Position numbers and translations under genes: made by a program. 64,000 bases of DNA from Mobula hypostoma (taxonomy: Eukaryota): contig NC_086108.1 in NCBI RefSeq assembly GCF_963921235.1, positions 34,412,001 to 34,476,000 on the forward strand. The letters run 5' to 3'. Shown here in pieces: positions 24,725-37,290 of the stretch (the stretch's first letter is position 1; the number at the start of each line of letters is the position of its first letter). The notes beneath the pieces were generated by a model. The model did no database searches. It saw only the letters and a program-made list of their open reading frames with translations, and had not been told where the DNA came from.

Positions 24725-25386
24725 TGTTAAAGAAAACAGGCAATACCAGACGGGAAGCCTGTTCTTCGAATTTTATGTTGTGAAAAGAATAATACAGTAA
24801 CAAGATTGGTGTTCCTGGGTAGGTAGAATTAGAATTTATTATCACTGTCATATGTCGTGAATTTGTATTTTTTGTTTTACAGCAGCAGTATATTGCAAGA
24901 TATAAAAATTGCTATAAGTTATAAACATTAGGGCAAAAGGAAAGTCAAAGTAAATTTATTATTAAAGTACTTGTTTGTCACCTTGAGATTCACTACCTTG
25001 CAGGTATTTACAGGAAAATAAAACAATACATAGAATTTATGAAAAACTATATGTAGATAAAGACTGACAAATCTGGAATTTGTCACTGTTAATCAGCGAT
25101 TCTCATCGCTCATGAATAGATGTCAGCTTCAGGCAGGATCGGTTTTGATTAGATTCCCCCTAATTTATCTCTCACATGAGTACCAGACTCTGCAGCGTGT
25201 TAAGCTACCGGACTAATTTGTGCTCCTTTGTAAATCTCACAAGTGTACTGTAGCGACACTTTACCAACTGACTCAGAAATAGGAACGGGACATGCGGGTC
25301 AGGTAGCATCTGTAGTCAGCCAAATAAATTGCATTAACACTGCAGATGGTGTTTCACCAGATCCAGAAAAGGTTCATGAACACTTG

Positions 25387-25808
25387 CAGAACTGTGCAAA
25401 ACGTATTAGGCACCTAAAATATTCCGTAAAGCGAAACTGCTTTCAAAAATAATGAAATGAAAAGTTTCTAAATATTAAAAAATTACTATAAAGATTAGTA
25501 AACAGTTATTTTAAAAAAACTAAATCAAATCAACATCTAGTGCGATCACCCTTTGCCTTTCAAATTGCATCAATTCCCTTAGGTACACGGTCGTGCAATT
25601 TTATCAGAAAATTGGCTGGTAGGTTGTTCCAAGAATCTTGGAGAACTTGCCAACAGTTCTTCTGCAGACTATGGCTGTCACGCTTGTTTCTGTCGCTCCA
25701 GGTAACACCAGACAGCCTCGCTGATGCTCAGATCAGTGCTCTATGGAGGCCAAACCATCGGAAATCGTATAAAACATCTAGGGTGCCCAAGACTTTTGCA
25801 CCGCACTG
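25387..25808 (-). mobile_element. Internally deleted Tc1 transposon
   Basis: TIRs CAGAACTGTGCAAAACGTATTAGGCACC / GGTGCCCAAGACTTTTGCACCGCACTG-TA. Minus strand translates as decayed MVWPP*STDLSISEAVW...WQVLQDSWNNLP...KAKG, the WPxQSPDLNxIE motif and C-terminus of Tc1 transposase. Confidence 0.85.
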
Positions 25809-26189
25809 TATGTTTTAAATTGCAGAGCTGCGGGAGGGGTAGAGAGAAGAAGGGGTGTGATTCACACAGGATGAATGACAGAAGTGGTGGTGGGGCACCT
25901 GGGAGAGGGTGGTGAAGGCGTGTCTGCTGTAAATGAGTCCAGAGGAGAGGTTGGAACGTATAATGCAGCAGTTTGCCTGAAATAAATGAGAATGCTGGAA
26001 ATAGTCATTAGTGAGCGGAGAGGGGAAATTACGGACTGCTGGCCAGATCTGATACAGACTGGAACCAGCTATTGAAGTCTATTCAGATCAGGCCAGCAGT
26101 CTATAACATCACAGCATTTCCCCTCTCCACTCACACTGCCTAACTGCTGAGTAATTGTGGAATTCATTACAGTCTTGAGCACTGTAATC

Positions 26190-26990
26190 TGTGGAGAATG
26201 AGATACTATTCCTCAAGATCACATAGGAATTCACTGGGAAGGCATAAAGACCCCAAAAGGGCAGAGAGGGATTGGAATGGTGAATTAAATTGAACTAGGC
26301 GCTGATAGAATGTAAGTGTCGTGCAAAATGGTCGCTTCATCTGCATTTGGTTTCTCCAGTGTGGAGGAGACCACATTGTAAACTCTGAATGCAGTACACA
26401 AGTCTGTGAGCATTGCCTGTGAATCACTGTTTCACCTGGAAGGGCTGTTTGGCTCCATGAATGGCAGAAAGAGAAGAGGTGAAAGAGTGGGTGCTATATC
26501 TTCTATGGTTGCAAGGGATAAGTCCACAAGATGGTGAGTGGGTGCTGGTGGAGGAGGAAGAATAGCCTTAGAGTCAGAGTGGCAATGATCCCTTTGGAAT
26601 GCTGGAAGTGGAGAGGGGGCGAAGTGGTGTCTTGTGGAAGAATCCCTTTGAAGGTGCTGGAAATTATGGAGGAAGAAGCATTGATTGTGATGGGTAAGGA
26701 CGTGGCCGTAATGGTTTGTAACTTCAAAACAAACTAATTCAAATGAAGACATGAGAGTCCAGGGATACGGGTCTAGTAGGAGTTTACTTTAAGCAAGGCA
26801 CGCTCATATCATGTGGTAGCATGATGACATAGGCAATTTACATATTTTTAAATATAACCCATAATTAATTACTTAAACAAACAAGAATGCCTAATCAAAC
26901 AATACACAAGATAACTCAGGTATTATTGATATTAAGTACACAACAGTGGCTATCTCTGTCCTCGCTCTGGGAGGGTGGAGAGATGGCGTA
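26190..26990 (-). mobile_element. Old Penelope-like element fragment (RT C-terminus/GIY-YIG region)
   Basis: ORF 26432-26752 contains FQHLQRDSSTRHHFAPSPLPAFQRDH, homologous to the 34990-35100 region. Confidence 0.7.
26707..26945. mobile_element. Short solo-LTR-like insertion (239 bp) with 5-bp TSD GTGGC
   Basis: GTGGC at 26702-26706 and 26946-26950. Ends CGT...ACA (TGT mutated). AT-rich and interrupts the PLE. Confidence 0.55.
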
Positions 26991-27501
26991 AGCCAAAATG
27001 AAATCATTTCAGGAAAGGTCCTTTCTTCAGGGTTGTTGCTGACTAGCCTGATGTTATGGAGTAACAGAAAATGTTAATATTTAACTAAATTAACTTGATG
27101 GAACCAGTACATCTATTAAATAATACAATACAGATTCCTTGTTTCATACTGCTAAGCTTAGCAGTTAGTACAATCTTAGGCAAATTCTCTTGCCTGATTT
27201 GGTTGAATGTAAATTAGTATTTTTATAAACTTCTCTTTTTTAAAGCTTTAACTCTGAACCAATTTTACAATCCCATAAGTTTACCGGACAGTCTTCATCA
27301 TAAATTTGAGCATTGGTATTTATAATAGGAATCAATATATGAACATACTGTATAATTGCAAAATGAACAGTGAATTGATACCATTGATATACAATTCTTC
27401 AACCCAATCTCAAGTGATGACTACACTGAATCCCATCGGTAAATTACAGAAGATTATGATGTTATATTAACAGTTGCACATGTACAAATTCCAATGTAAT
27501 A

Positions 27502-28013
27502 CAGTGCTGTGCAAAGGTCTTAAAAATATTTAGAGCTAGGGTGCCGAAGATTTTAAGCACTGTACTGTATTTGTCAACATGGAGTGGAGAACAAGTTTGT
27601 AAATCTGGTAAGAGCAAAGGATGTTGGGAATGGTGAGGGAGGAGTGTGAAACAGATGGCAGAGAAGGAGGGCCAGGGGTGGCGGGGAGGTGGGGGGGCGC
27701 ATGTGTGTAGACACGTCCAGCTCTGAGACACCAGGCAGGCTTATTTGATTCCAAACAACCGACTTATTACTCATTATAGAATGTCTCGCTGGTGCTTCCT
27801 GCTCCCTTCCCCTTTTCCTAACCATGATTCTCCTCCCACTCTCAATGCACCACTGAGACCCTTATCAGAAACAGGCTGATCACATTCTGTATGTCATGAA
27901 GTTTTGTTTTTGTGGCAACAGTACAGCGCAATAAATAAAAATACTACAGTACTATGCAAAATCCTTAGGCACCCTAGCTATACATATGTGCCTAAAACTT
28001 TTGTACAGTACTG
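27502..28013. mobile_element. Composite non-autonomous element bounded by two miniature Tc1 TIR-TIR hairpins (copy 1)
   Basis: TA-flanked mini-MITEs at 27502-27567 and 27947-28013 share TIRs with the Tc1 at 25387-25808. The interior includes a Rex-type 3' tail. A reverse-complement copy lies at 30381-30880. Confidence 0.75.
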
Positions 28014-28854
28014 TACTTAAAAGAAAAAATTACACAGAAGAAATATTAGTCATGTGGTTTAAAATATTCTTCTGCCTCAAAGGAACCTTTAACTGCGACG
28101 GAAGGCACAGTATAAGACAAGGTTACTTAAAGGAGAAAGTAGACTATTAATTCCACCAATAAATTAAGCATTGTTTCCATAAAGGGATACAGTCAAAACA
28201 TGCAGAACAATTCAGATTAACACACCCATCCCTATAAAATAGGAAACAAGTTAGCATAGTGATAATGCCATGAAGAATCTGCTGGGTATACGCCCAGTTC
28301 CAATCTCCAGAAATCAGAATTGACGGTTTTGTTTCATCAAGATATATTGCTCATTACTTTTTTAAAAGGGTATTTAAAGTAAATGCTTTTGAATCAGGGC
28401 TTCTGAGTGAAAAAAACAAAACTTTGTCTTTGATTGATCTTGAGATTCTGAAGTAGTTGTATTTAACCTGATGTCCCAGAGGGAGTATCGGAGAAATGGC
28501 CATCTACAAACACCAGTGGAAATCTACCAGCATGGGACGTCACAAAGTTGCTCAAATGGGTATCTTGGAAGTTTTGATGTTGACGCTAGGCACTGATAAT
28601 TTATGCGTTTTTCTTTTCAGTAATTCATTGTAATGTTTCCAGAGGCTGCATCTCTCTCCGTAATGACAGTTGGTTAAATGCTAATTTTGGCTGTGATTTA
28701 TAACTGGTTTGCTCTTCCCTCTAATGTAAAACTTAAAACATATGATAAGTAGCACCTAACTTCAAAAAGGCACTTTGTTGGAGATGTCTGCTGCTATATT
28801 TGATCTCAGAAACCACATCAAAGGGAATCTAGTCCTCCACTATTACAGAAAGGA

Positions 28855-29110
28855 AGAACTTTGCATTTTACAGCAAACAAACTATTTTTTGTCTTGAAAT
28901 GTAGTTAGTGTTACAATGTGTGGAATGCAGTAGCCAAATTACGCAGAGCAGGGTCCAACAAAAAGCAATGAAAATAACTGGACTGTCTGGTTTAGGAATT
29001 GGGCAGGTCTGTGTTGTTTCAATTTTAGTATCGTTGCATCTTTACTGCCCAACTGAGAGAGCAGATGGGCCTCACTGTTATGTCTCATGCAATTTATTCG
29101 AAATTAATTG
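28855..29110 (-). mobile_element. DeuSINE (SacSINE1/AmnSINE-like) remnant
   Basis: CCCAACTGAGAGAGCAGATGGGCCTCACTGTTATGTCTCAT resembles the reverse complement of the Deu core; tail AACTTTGCATTT. Another remnant at about 31985-32220. Confidence 0.5.
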
Positions 29111-29279
29111 TGCTTCAGTTGGGTTTCACTGACAGTCAATCACTAAGAGTTTTAACTGTGATGCTGACAGAAGGATACTTCATAAGTCCAACAATGTTAA
29201 AGTCAAATAAAGCTTGCATATCTGCAACTTCCTATTAAAGAATAAGCTGTACCTGAGGTAAAGGAAGAATGCTTAACAA

Positions 29280-29683
29280 TGTTGGGAGAATTAAGGGAGC
29301 TAGGGCTTTACTCTTTGGAGAGAAAGAGGATGAGAGGAGACATGATAGAGGTGTACAAGATAATAAGAGGAATAGATAGAGTGGATAGCCAGCACCTCTT
29401 CCCCAGGGCACCACTGCTCAATACAAGAGGACATGGCTTTAAGGTAAGGGGTGGGAAGTTCAAGAGGGATATTAGAGGAAGGTTTTTTACTCAGAGAGTG
29501 GTTGGTGCGTGCAATGCACTGCCTGAGTCAGTGGTGGAGGCAGATACACTAGTGAAGTTTAAGAGACTACTAGACAGGTATATGGAGGAATTTATGGTGG
29601 GGGCTTAGCTGGGAGGCGGTGTTTGAGGGTTGGCACAACATTGTGGGCCGAAGGGCCTGTACTGTGCTGTACTATTCTATGTT
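29280..29683 (+). mobile_element. CR1 LINE 3' end, 5'-truncated
   Basis: ORF 29279-29608: LRELGLYSLERKRMRGDMIEVYKIIRGIDRVD...TRGH...FFTQRVV. Tail GGGCCGAAGGGCCTGTACTGTGCTGTAC...TTCTATGT. Confidence 0.92.
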
Positions 29684-30380
29684 AATTAATATAATTCCTT
29701 AAAAACCATTTTTTCAAAACTGTAACAACCATTAAACTTCTATGATCAATGTCTTAGTCATAAATAATGTGCATTACTCTTGACAATTCCTGCCTGTGCT
29801 AAAACTAGTTCTGGAGAAAATTAAATTTAAATATATTAATTACTTTAAATGGTTGCGCATGTTAAATATGAACTATCAACCACAGAGCTAATTTTACATC
29901 ATACAGGAAATGATAACTTGCTTGGGATTTAGTGCATTATCTATATTGATACCACACAGTCGGATTGAAAGAGTGGCGCACTGCAAGTGTACAGTGTTCT
30001 CTGCTGCAAAAGCAAAATGATGTCCAAGAACATAATCTAAGAGAGAATAATGAATTATAGCATAGATATTTGAAATGACTAATGTACTCTGCACTTACTG
30101 ATGTGAGTTCATTTGGGCAAAGGTCATTCCTTTAACTTTAGACTTCTTTGAATAGCCATAGATAATATTTTATTGATTTTATATTTATTTAGAGATACAG
30201 CACGGAATAATCCAAGCATCAGTGGTCGTGTTTAGAAATGTTGATAGCACGATATAAATGATCCTTGTTAATTCCTCACTGTGTGAGCATAAGTCTGATG
30301 GAACTACTGTACCTAAAGATAGGTTCATCTATCAAGAGAAAACAGCAGTCAATGATAATCTGGTGTTTTGCCATTTTATA

Positions 30381-30880
30381 CATTTTGTGCACAAGTTTTT
30401 GACACATATATATAGCCAGGGTGTCTAAGACTTTTGCACAGTACTGTATTAATTTTATGTATTGCACTGCACTGCTGCAAAAAAAAACAAATTTATGACA
30501 CGTATGAGTGATGATAAACCTGATTCTGATTTGGGTCTCCATTGTGGACTAAGAATGGGAAGGGGGCAGGGAGAGGGAAATCACGGTTGGGAAAAAGGGA
30601 AGGGAGAGGGGTAGATGTGGGAAGCACCAGAGAGACATTCTATAATGATCAATAAACCAATTGTTTGGAATCAAATGACCTTGCCTGGTGTCTCAGGGGT
30701 GGGTGTATCTGCACCTGTGCCAAACCCTGCCCCTGGCACTCCTTCTCCACTACCTGTCCCACACCCCTCCTACAGTGCTCCATCCTCACCATTCTCAACA
30801 TCCTGTGCTCTTGCCAGATTTACAAACTCACTCTCTGATTCACGTTGACACATACAATATACTGCAAAAGTCTCAGTTAG
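30381..30880. mobile_element. Composite Tc1-hairpin-bounded element (copy 2, inverted relative to copy 1)
   Basis: Mini-MITE at 30381-30446. Interior is the reverse complement of 27570-27945; ORF 30615-30848 (+) and ORF 27574-27825 (-) give similar pseudo-peptides. Confidence 0.75.
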
Positions 30881-30891
30881 ACTAGCTATTA

Positions 30892-31237
30892 CGAGGGGTG
30901 ATTGATGAGTTCGTGGCCTAAGGTAGAAGGAGATGAGTTATACAGCTCTCGTTACATGCATATGCAGTTCAACTGTTTGAGTGATTATGCAGAAAGTTTG
31001 AAGTTAATAACTCATCTCCTTCTACCTTAGGCCACGAAGTTATCAATCACCCCTGCTGTGGACCACTTTCTGGAGCTCCAAGACGTCGACTTCTACAAAG
31101 AAAGGATCCATATGCTCTACAACGGCTGGACTAAGTGTGTAAATGTAGGAGGGGACTATGTTGAAAAATAAATGTGCCAGTTTTTCTAAAATTGACTCCG
31201 TCTACCTTAGGCCACGAACCCTATCAATCACCCTCCG
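30892..31237 (+). mobile_element. Internally deleted mariner element with an extra internal TIR
   Basis: TA|CGAGGGGTGATTGATGAGTTCGTGGCCTAAGGTAGA ... TCTACCTTAGGCCACGAACCCTATCAATCACCCTCCG|TA, with a third TIR at about 31021-31053. Residual AVDHFLELQDVDFYKERIHMLYNGWTKCVNVGGDYVEK* matches a mariner transposase C-terminus. Confidence 0.88.
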
Positions 31238-31239
31238 TA

Positions 31240-31274
31240 CATGTATATATGTGTGAATGTATGTGTGTATATGT

Positions 31275-31333
<59 letters not shown>

Positions 31334-31443
31334 CTCTCACTATCTATCTATCTATGTATCTATATATATATATATACACACATACATACACACACACACA
31401 CACACACATATATATACTCTCACTATCTATCTATCTATGTATC

Positions 31444-31493
<50 letters not shown>

Positions 31494-31595
31494 CTCTCAC
31501 TATCTATCTATCTATGTAACTATATATATATATACACACACATACATATACACACACACATATATATACTCTCACTATCTATCTATCTATGTATC

Positions 31596-31640
<45 letters not shown>
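31240..31640. repeat. Compound microsatellite with a higher-order unit (CA)n(TA)n-CTCTCACTATCT(ATCT)n-ATGTA, 4 copies
   Basis: Directly visible. It is the source of the HT/YI low-complexity ORFs at 31174-31733. Confidence 0.97.
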
Positions 31641-31641
<1 letters not shown>

Positions 31642-32234
31642 GTATACTATACAGAACACTGATCATGTTTATTACTATGGCTTTGACCAGAACAATAAAA
31701 CTTCAGTCCACTACCCGTGTTGAGACCTCATAGTTGATTTAAAAGTCGATGCCTTTTCAAAGGTCAAATCCTTTATAATACAATGCTAAGCTGCTGACCG
31801 GCATGATATTACAGATGAACATTGTTGAAACTTTTACACAATTCAAAGAGGAAGGAGCTTCTCCTCTTTCCATGTTTATTGTCAGAGTTCCCTCCTTGAC
31901 TGACCTCACCCAAAGGATTTGATCAATAGGTCAATCCTATTCATGATGTGCTGATGCATATTACAGTTGCCTTCATAAGCAAGAAAGGACTTGCACTGAT
32001 ATAAGGTCCATCAGAACCTTAAAACAGTCTAAGGTAACTTACAGTCAACCACCAACATTTTAGAAGTGTTGTCATTCTGCAAAATTGGAAAATGCACTAG
32101 CCAAGTTCAGTATGAAGATCCCATAAAGAGCAAAGGTGACTATTGACTGAGGGATAAGTACAGGTGAAAATATTGAAAAGATGACTGAGCTTTGAAATGG
32201 GGTGTGATCATCTACTATTCACTCACACAGTGAA

Positions 32235-32638
32235 TTGTAGGGCACTGAGGTGTATGGTAGAGCAAAGAGATTTGTGAATACAAATCCATAATTCCTTGAA
32301 AGTTGGATCACGGGTAGATAGAGTTGTAAGGAGAGCTGTTAGCACAATGGCCTTCATAGATCAAGGCAATGAGTACAGCAGTTGGGATCTCATGTTGAAG
32401 TTCTACTAAAACATTGGTGAGAACAAGTTTGGAGTATTGTGCCCAGTTCTGGCCACCTGCCTCCAGGAGAGATATCAAATAGCTGGAAAGCATGCAGAGA
32501 AAATTTACACACATGTTGCAAGCACATGAGTTACAGGGATAGGTTGAATAGTTATTCCCTGGATGGAACTTGGCAGAAAACCAGGTTGGCACAGGCAATA
32601 TTGGCGAAGAGCCTATTTCTGTGCTGTAGTACTCTATG
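32235..32638 (+). mobile_element. CR1 LINE fragment, internally deleted
   Basis: TTGGAGTATTGTGCCCAGTTCTGG (LEYCAQFW) and a GCCTATTTCTGTGCTGTAGTACTCTATGAC tail. Confidence 0.75.
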
Positions 32639-34954
32639 ACTCTACCTCAGATGGCATGTATGACTATGAATTCATATTTACTGAGGTCTCTACACACTTC
32701 TCTGGAATAGGATTTGAATCCAAGATCTTTGCCACCAGACAAGTTATCACTAGCTGTAGTTTATATGAAACAATACTCTGATTCAAAAGCAATTTACCCA
32801 GAAAATCTCTGACAACGTTATGTAAGGGAGGATCATGAAAACTGGGATTTTGGTTTGAACCTATATATTGGAATGACAAAATACATCATTAACATAGAAG
32901 CCTCATAAAAATCAGCACTTTGCTGTGTTTCTGTGAACATCATTGAAGTTGATGAAGCACTGTAAGTGTCATAAGAACTGAAGGAAAAGTGGAAGGAACC
33001 CCTGTGAATATTGAAGTAGATGGAAATCATGCATCAATATTGAAGTAGAAATTTATCATCAGTTATTATGCAATGTGTTCAGTAATGTAGCAGCAGCTCA
33101 TTATTCTGACTTTTTCCCCTCAGCATTAATACATGAAGCCACTACTTTTGTTAACAAGATTTCACAAGTCTCTACTTTTTTAAAACCAGTCAAGAGCCAA
33201 TTGTTACTCTAAAAACCCTGAATTTGTAGCCAATGGTCAAGAATCACTACTTGCTAATAACCTTAAAAAAAGCTTCCCCGGCAAGATCTTTTCCTTCTCT
33301 GAAGAAATCAATTGATTGGAATTTCTGGCCTCCAGGATTCCTGATATCATCAAACTATATGAACATCCAATTTTTGAATTTTCATATTAAACAAATAAGT
33401 ACAGTGTTTAGATATTTTTTAACATTTGCAGAATGGAACATACATATATGAATAATGTAGAACTGAAATAAAAGTTTTTAAATGTTAATATCCCTTGCAT
33501 CTTGGAAAAATCTTGAGAAAATTACAGTGCATAAAATTTATTTCAAGATTATTAGTGCCAAATGGTTTGCTGGGCAAAAGTAATGGCCTAATAAGACTGG
33601 TATCAAAATGTAAGATTACTGTTGTATTTCTAAGCAAGACAAGTTCATTGGTTCAATAATTTCTCTTGATTGCAGTTGAGAAGTTTTTTTCAGATAGTGC
33701 CACTTACAGAGAAGTACTGAATCACTCCAATGGTTTTGGAATATCCGTGTTAATCTATGAATGCATAAAAACCTCAGAATTGCTGAGTATTATAGAGTAA
33801 CAGTAGAAAATACTGTACTAACAATGTTGCCATTGTGACAAGCACAAAATCCAAGCCATTATCTTTGATGTCTGTATCTGTTGTTTGCAATGTTTTATAT
33901 ATTTGAAGCTGCAATAGCTTTTCATCCATGGCATCTTTTACATTGCACAATGTTAGCTCCCTCATTATATCATTTTGTCCTGCACTGTAGCACTCCCATT
34001 GTTATTATCATTATAATGATGATCATTTTTATTTATTTTTCCTCAGCTCAAGCTGGTAAAATCTGAGCTACAGGCATAGCCAAGCATGTTCATTTGTCAA
34101 CTGCTAGGAACTTTTGGACAATTCTAGTGGTGTTTAGTATTGTGGCTTTCTGAAGATTTACACAGATATTACTGTCTGGCCCTAATTGTTTAATGCTATT
34201 GTGTAGTGCCTTTGGGATGACACCAGTTGTAGAAATTACTATTGAGACAAGGTCCACCTTGTTCGTGTTCCAAAGTCCTTCAATTTCCTCTTTTAATTCA
34301 GCATATTTCTGATGTTTTCACTTATTGATTTCTGTAAGTTATGTGCGTTTGGAATTAACACACAGAAGTAAGTTGTTCTTGCTTGTTTATTCTGTATTAT
34401 TATATCATTATTATTTACATCAGTAGTGATCTTAAGAATAAATTTGTGCCATTCCACCAAAGTGATCATTCAGCCTTCAGGGTCTGTGATATGTAGCATT
34501 TAAATAGTAGCATGCACTTCAAATTCTAAGAACTCAAGAAACCCTTCAAATCCCAAAGTTGTCCAAAAACTGATATTGTTTTACTCTTGTTCATTTGAAC
34601 GGTTTTATCAACTAAACTAAACCAGACATGTAAGAAGTGCTAAGACAAAGAGGATGGCAAATTTTGCCTGCATCTGGAAAAGTGCCCAATATAATAGATC
34701 ATCAGATGAATGTTCACTATCAGGAATGAGCTAGATGCTGGTGGGCCAATCCAAATATAAGTTTAAAAGAAAATCCCGGGTAACTATACAGTAATTAACT
34801 TTCTCATGTTTGTAATCATTTCTCAGTTCATCTCTGTAACTTTACATGCTTTCTAAGTAAACTGTTGGGTATTTAACTTGGGCATTCCATGTAATGTTTA
34901 GCAATCATTATACAACATAAGTAAATTTAGGAAACACTGAGGATGGTGGAAGTG

Positions 34955-35980
34955 GGACCCTCACCTACCACCCCACCAGTCTCCGGGTCCAACATATAAT
35001 TCTCCGTAACTTCCACCACCTCCAACGGGATCCCACCACCAAGCACGTCTTTCCCTCCCCTCCCTTTCTGCTTTCCACAGGGATCGCTCCCTATGCAACT
35101 CCCTTGTCCGCTCATACCCCGCTATCCTTTCCCACCAATCTCCCTCCTGGCACTTATCCTTGTAAGCGGAACAAGTGCTACACATGCCCTTACACTTCCT
35201 CCCTCACCACCATTCAGGGTCCTAGACAGTCCTTCCAAGTGAGGCGACACTTCACCTGTGAGTCAGTTGGTGTGATATACTGCGTCTGGTGCTCCCAGCG
35301 TGGCCTTCTATATATTGGTGAGACCCGACGCAGACTGGGAGACTATTTCGCTGAACACCTACGCTCGGTCTGCCAGAGAAAGCAGGATCTTCCAGTAGCC
35401 ACACATTTTAATTCCACGTCCCATTCCCTTTCTGATATGTCAATCCACGGCCTCCTCTACTGTCAAGATGAAGCCACGCTCAGGTTGAAGGAACAATACC
35501 TTATATTCCATCTGGTAGCCTCCAACCTGATGGCATGAACACTGATTTCTCTAACTTCCGTTAATGCCCTTCCTCCCCTTCATACCCCATCCCTTATTTA
35601 TTTATTTTTCTTCTTTTTTTTTTCTTCTTTTTTTCTCTCTCTGTCCCTCTCACAATCACTCCTTGCCTTCTCTCCATCTTCCTCTGGTGCTACCCTCTCC
35701 CTTTCTTTCTCCCTAGGCCTCCTGTCCCATGATCCTCTCCCTTCTCCAGCCTTGTATTCCTTTTGCCAATCACCTGTCCAGCTCTTGGCTCCATCCCTCC
35801 CCCTCCTGTCTTCTCCTATCATTTCGGATCTCCCCCTCCCTCTTCCACTTTCAAATCTCTTACTATCTCTTCTTTCAGTTAGTCCTGATGAAGGATCTCG
35901 GCCCAAAACATCGACTGTACTTCTTCCTATAGATGCTGCCTGGCCTGCTGCATTCCACCAGCATTTTGTGTGTGTTGCTT
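34955..35980 (+). mobile_element. Penelope-like element (Neptune-type) 3' portion: Zn-finger/GIY-YIG endonuclease plus terminal repeat with decayed hammerhead
   Basis: ORF 35104-35538: PCKRNKCYTC...FTCESVGVIYCVWC...LLYIGETRRRLGDYFAEH...PVATHFN. Terminus AGTCCTGATGAAGGATCTCGGCCCAAAACATCGACTG at 35881-35917. Confidence 0.93.
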
Positions 35981-37290
35981 GTCATTGAATAGCAACTAGT
36001 TTGAGCTGAAAAGTGCCCTACTCCCATTATTATCCATTGGCGTAGCACTTTTAAGTGTGAGTCAGTCAACATTTAGTTAAAACCATGCTCTCCAACCTAT
36101 TATTGTGCTAATACATTGCAGTGATGTGGAAAGTATATGTTTTCAAAAGAGGTGTTTGACTGATACCTCCAAGGTGCTCTGGCTCCATTTGAAGAAAGAA
36201 TGACAGCTCTTCAACTGTTCTTGCTAAACTTCTGTACTCAAGCAAACACCTCTAAAATCAGAGGAACAAATTGCTACGGCTAGTGCCATAGGAAGTCTGA
36301 CTACATAATAATGGTCAATTCACTTCAGAAACAACCCAATGCTTATGGACTTCTTCAGGAAGAAATTCCTGTCTTTGTCATCCTAAAACAAACCGTTTTG
36401 TTCTCAAATTAGTCTTCATGACATGACGATCCAGAATTTCTAATTCAATTATTAATTCTTATGACTATTGCTCAGTGCAGCTTATGTTGTGTATCACTAG
36501 TATTTCTGCATATGGAGTCAGTAACCAACTTTTAAAGATGGTATGCATAGACATCCAAAGCAGGCAAAATCTGGGGTGTAATTACTAAAAGAGGAATGAA
36601 AGTTAAAGAAAGCTTGAAAATCTGAATTGTCATTATCAATGCAGAAAAACCAAATGCAATTTCTTTTAATGGTGATTAAATTTAAAATTAAAACATGAAA
36701 ATATCTTTCATTAGATGCTTTCTCCTTGAAATTCCGCAATTATTTTCAAGCAAATTTTAAGTTTAGTGCTGATTGTAATTGTATTTCATTAGAAACATTT
36801 AATGCAGTTTATAATCAAGACAGCTGGACAGAAGGCTTTGAAAATAAGCCTGTTTGCTTACAGTTTACTGCTTTAATCAAGATAATACAGTTTACTGCTA
36901 TCATTTATCATACCTTAGGAACAATGGTAAGCATGCATTTCAGGGCGTGGTCCTCTCTTTACCAGGGATGAGAATTATCAGCCCACTTTTTTATCCTATC
37001 CCTATATAAATGCAATTATATTTGTACATAGAGGTAGTTAATCTACTTAGTGCTACTTTTTTGGAGAGTTGAATCTATACAATCAAGTTTATTATCAGAT
37101 ATCATGAAATTGGTTACTTTGTGGCAGCAGTACAGTGCAAGACTTAAAAAATGACAAAAAGTTATAATAATTAAAAATAAACAAATTGTGCAAAAGAGGA
37201 ATAGCAAGGTAGTGTTCAAGGACCATTCAAAAATCTGACGGCAGAGGGGAAGAAGCTGTTTCTAAAATATTCTGTGGGTCTCAAGCTCCT

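Noticed and set aside
31334..31345. CTCACTATCT shared between the compound microsatellite and the reverse complement of the 28-bp satellite
   Set aside because: A 10-nt low-complexity match is too weak to infer common origin.
31174..31733. His/Thr/Tyr-rich ORFs
   Set aside because: Translations of (CA)n/(TA)n microsatellite.
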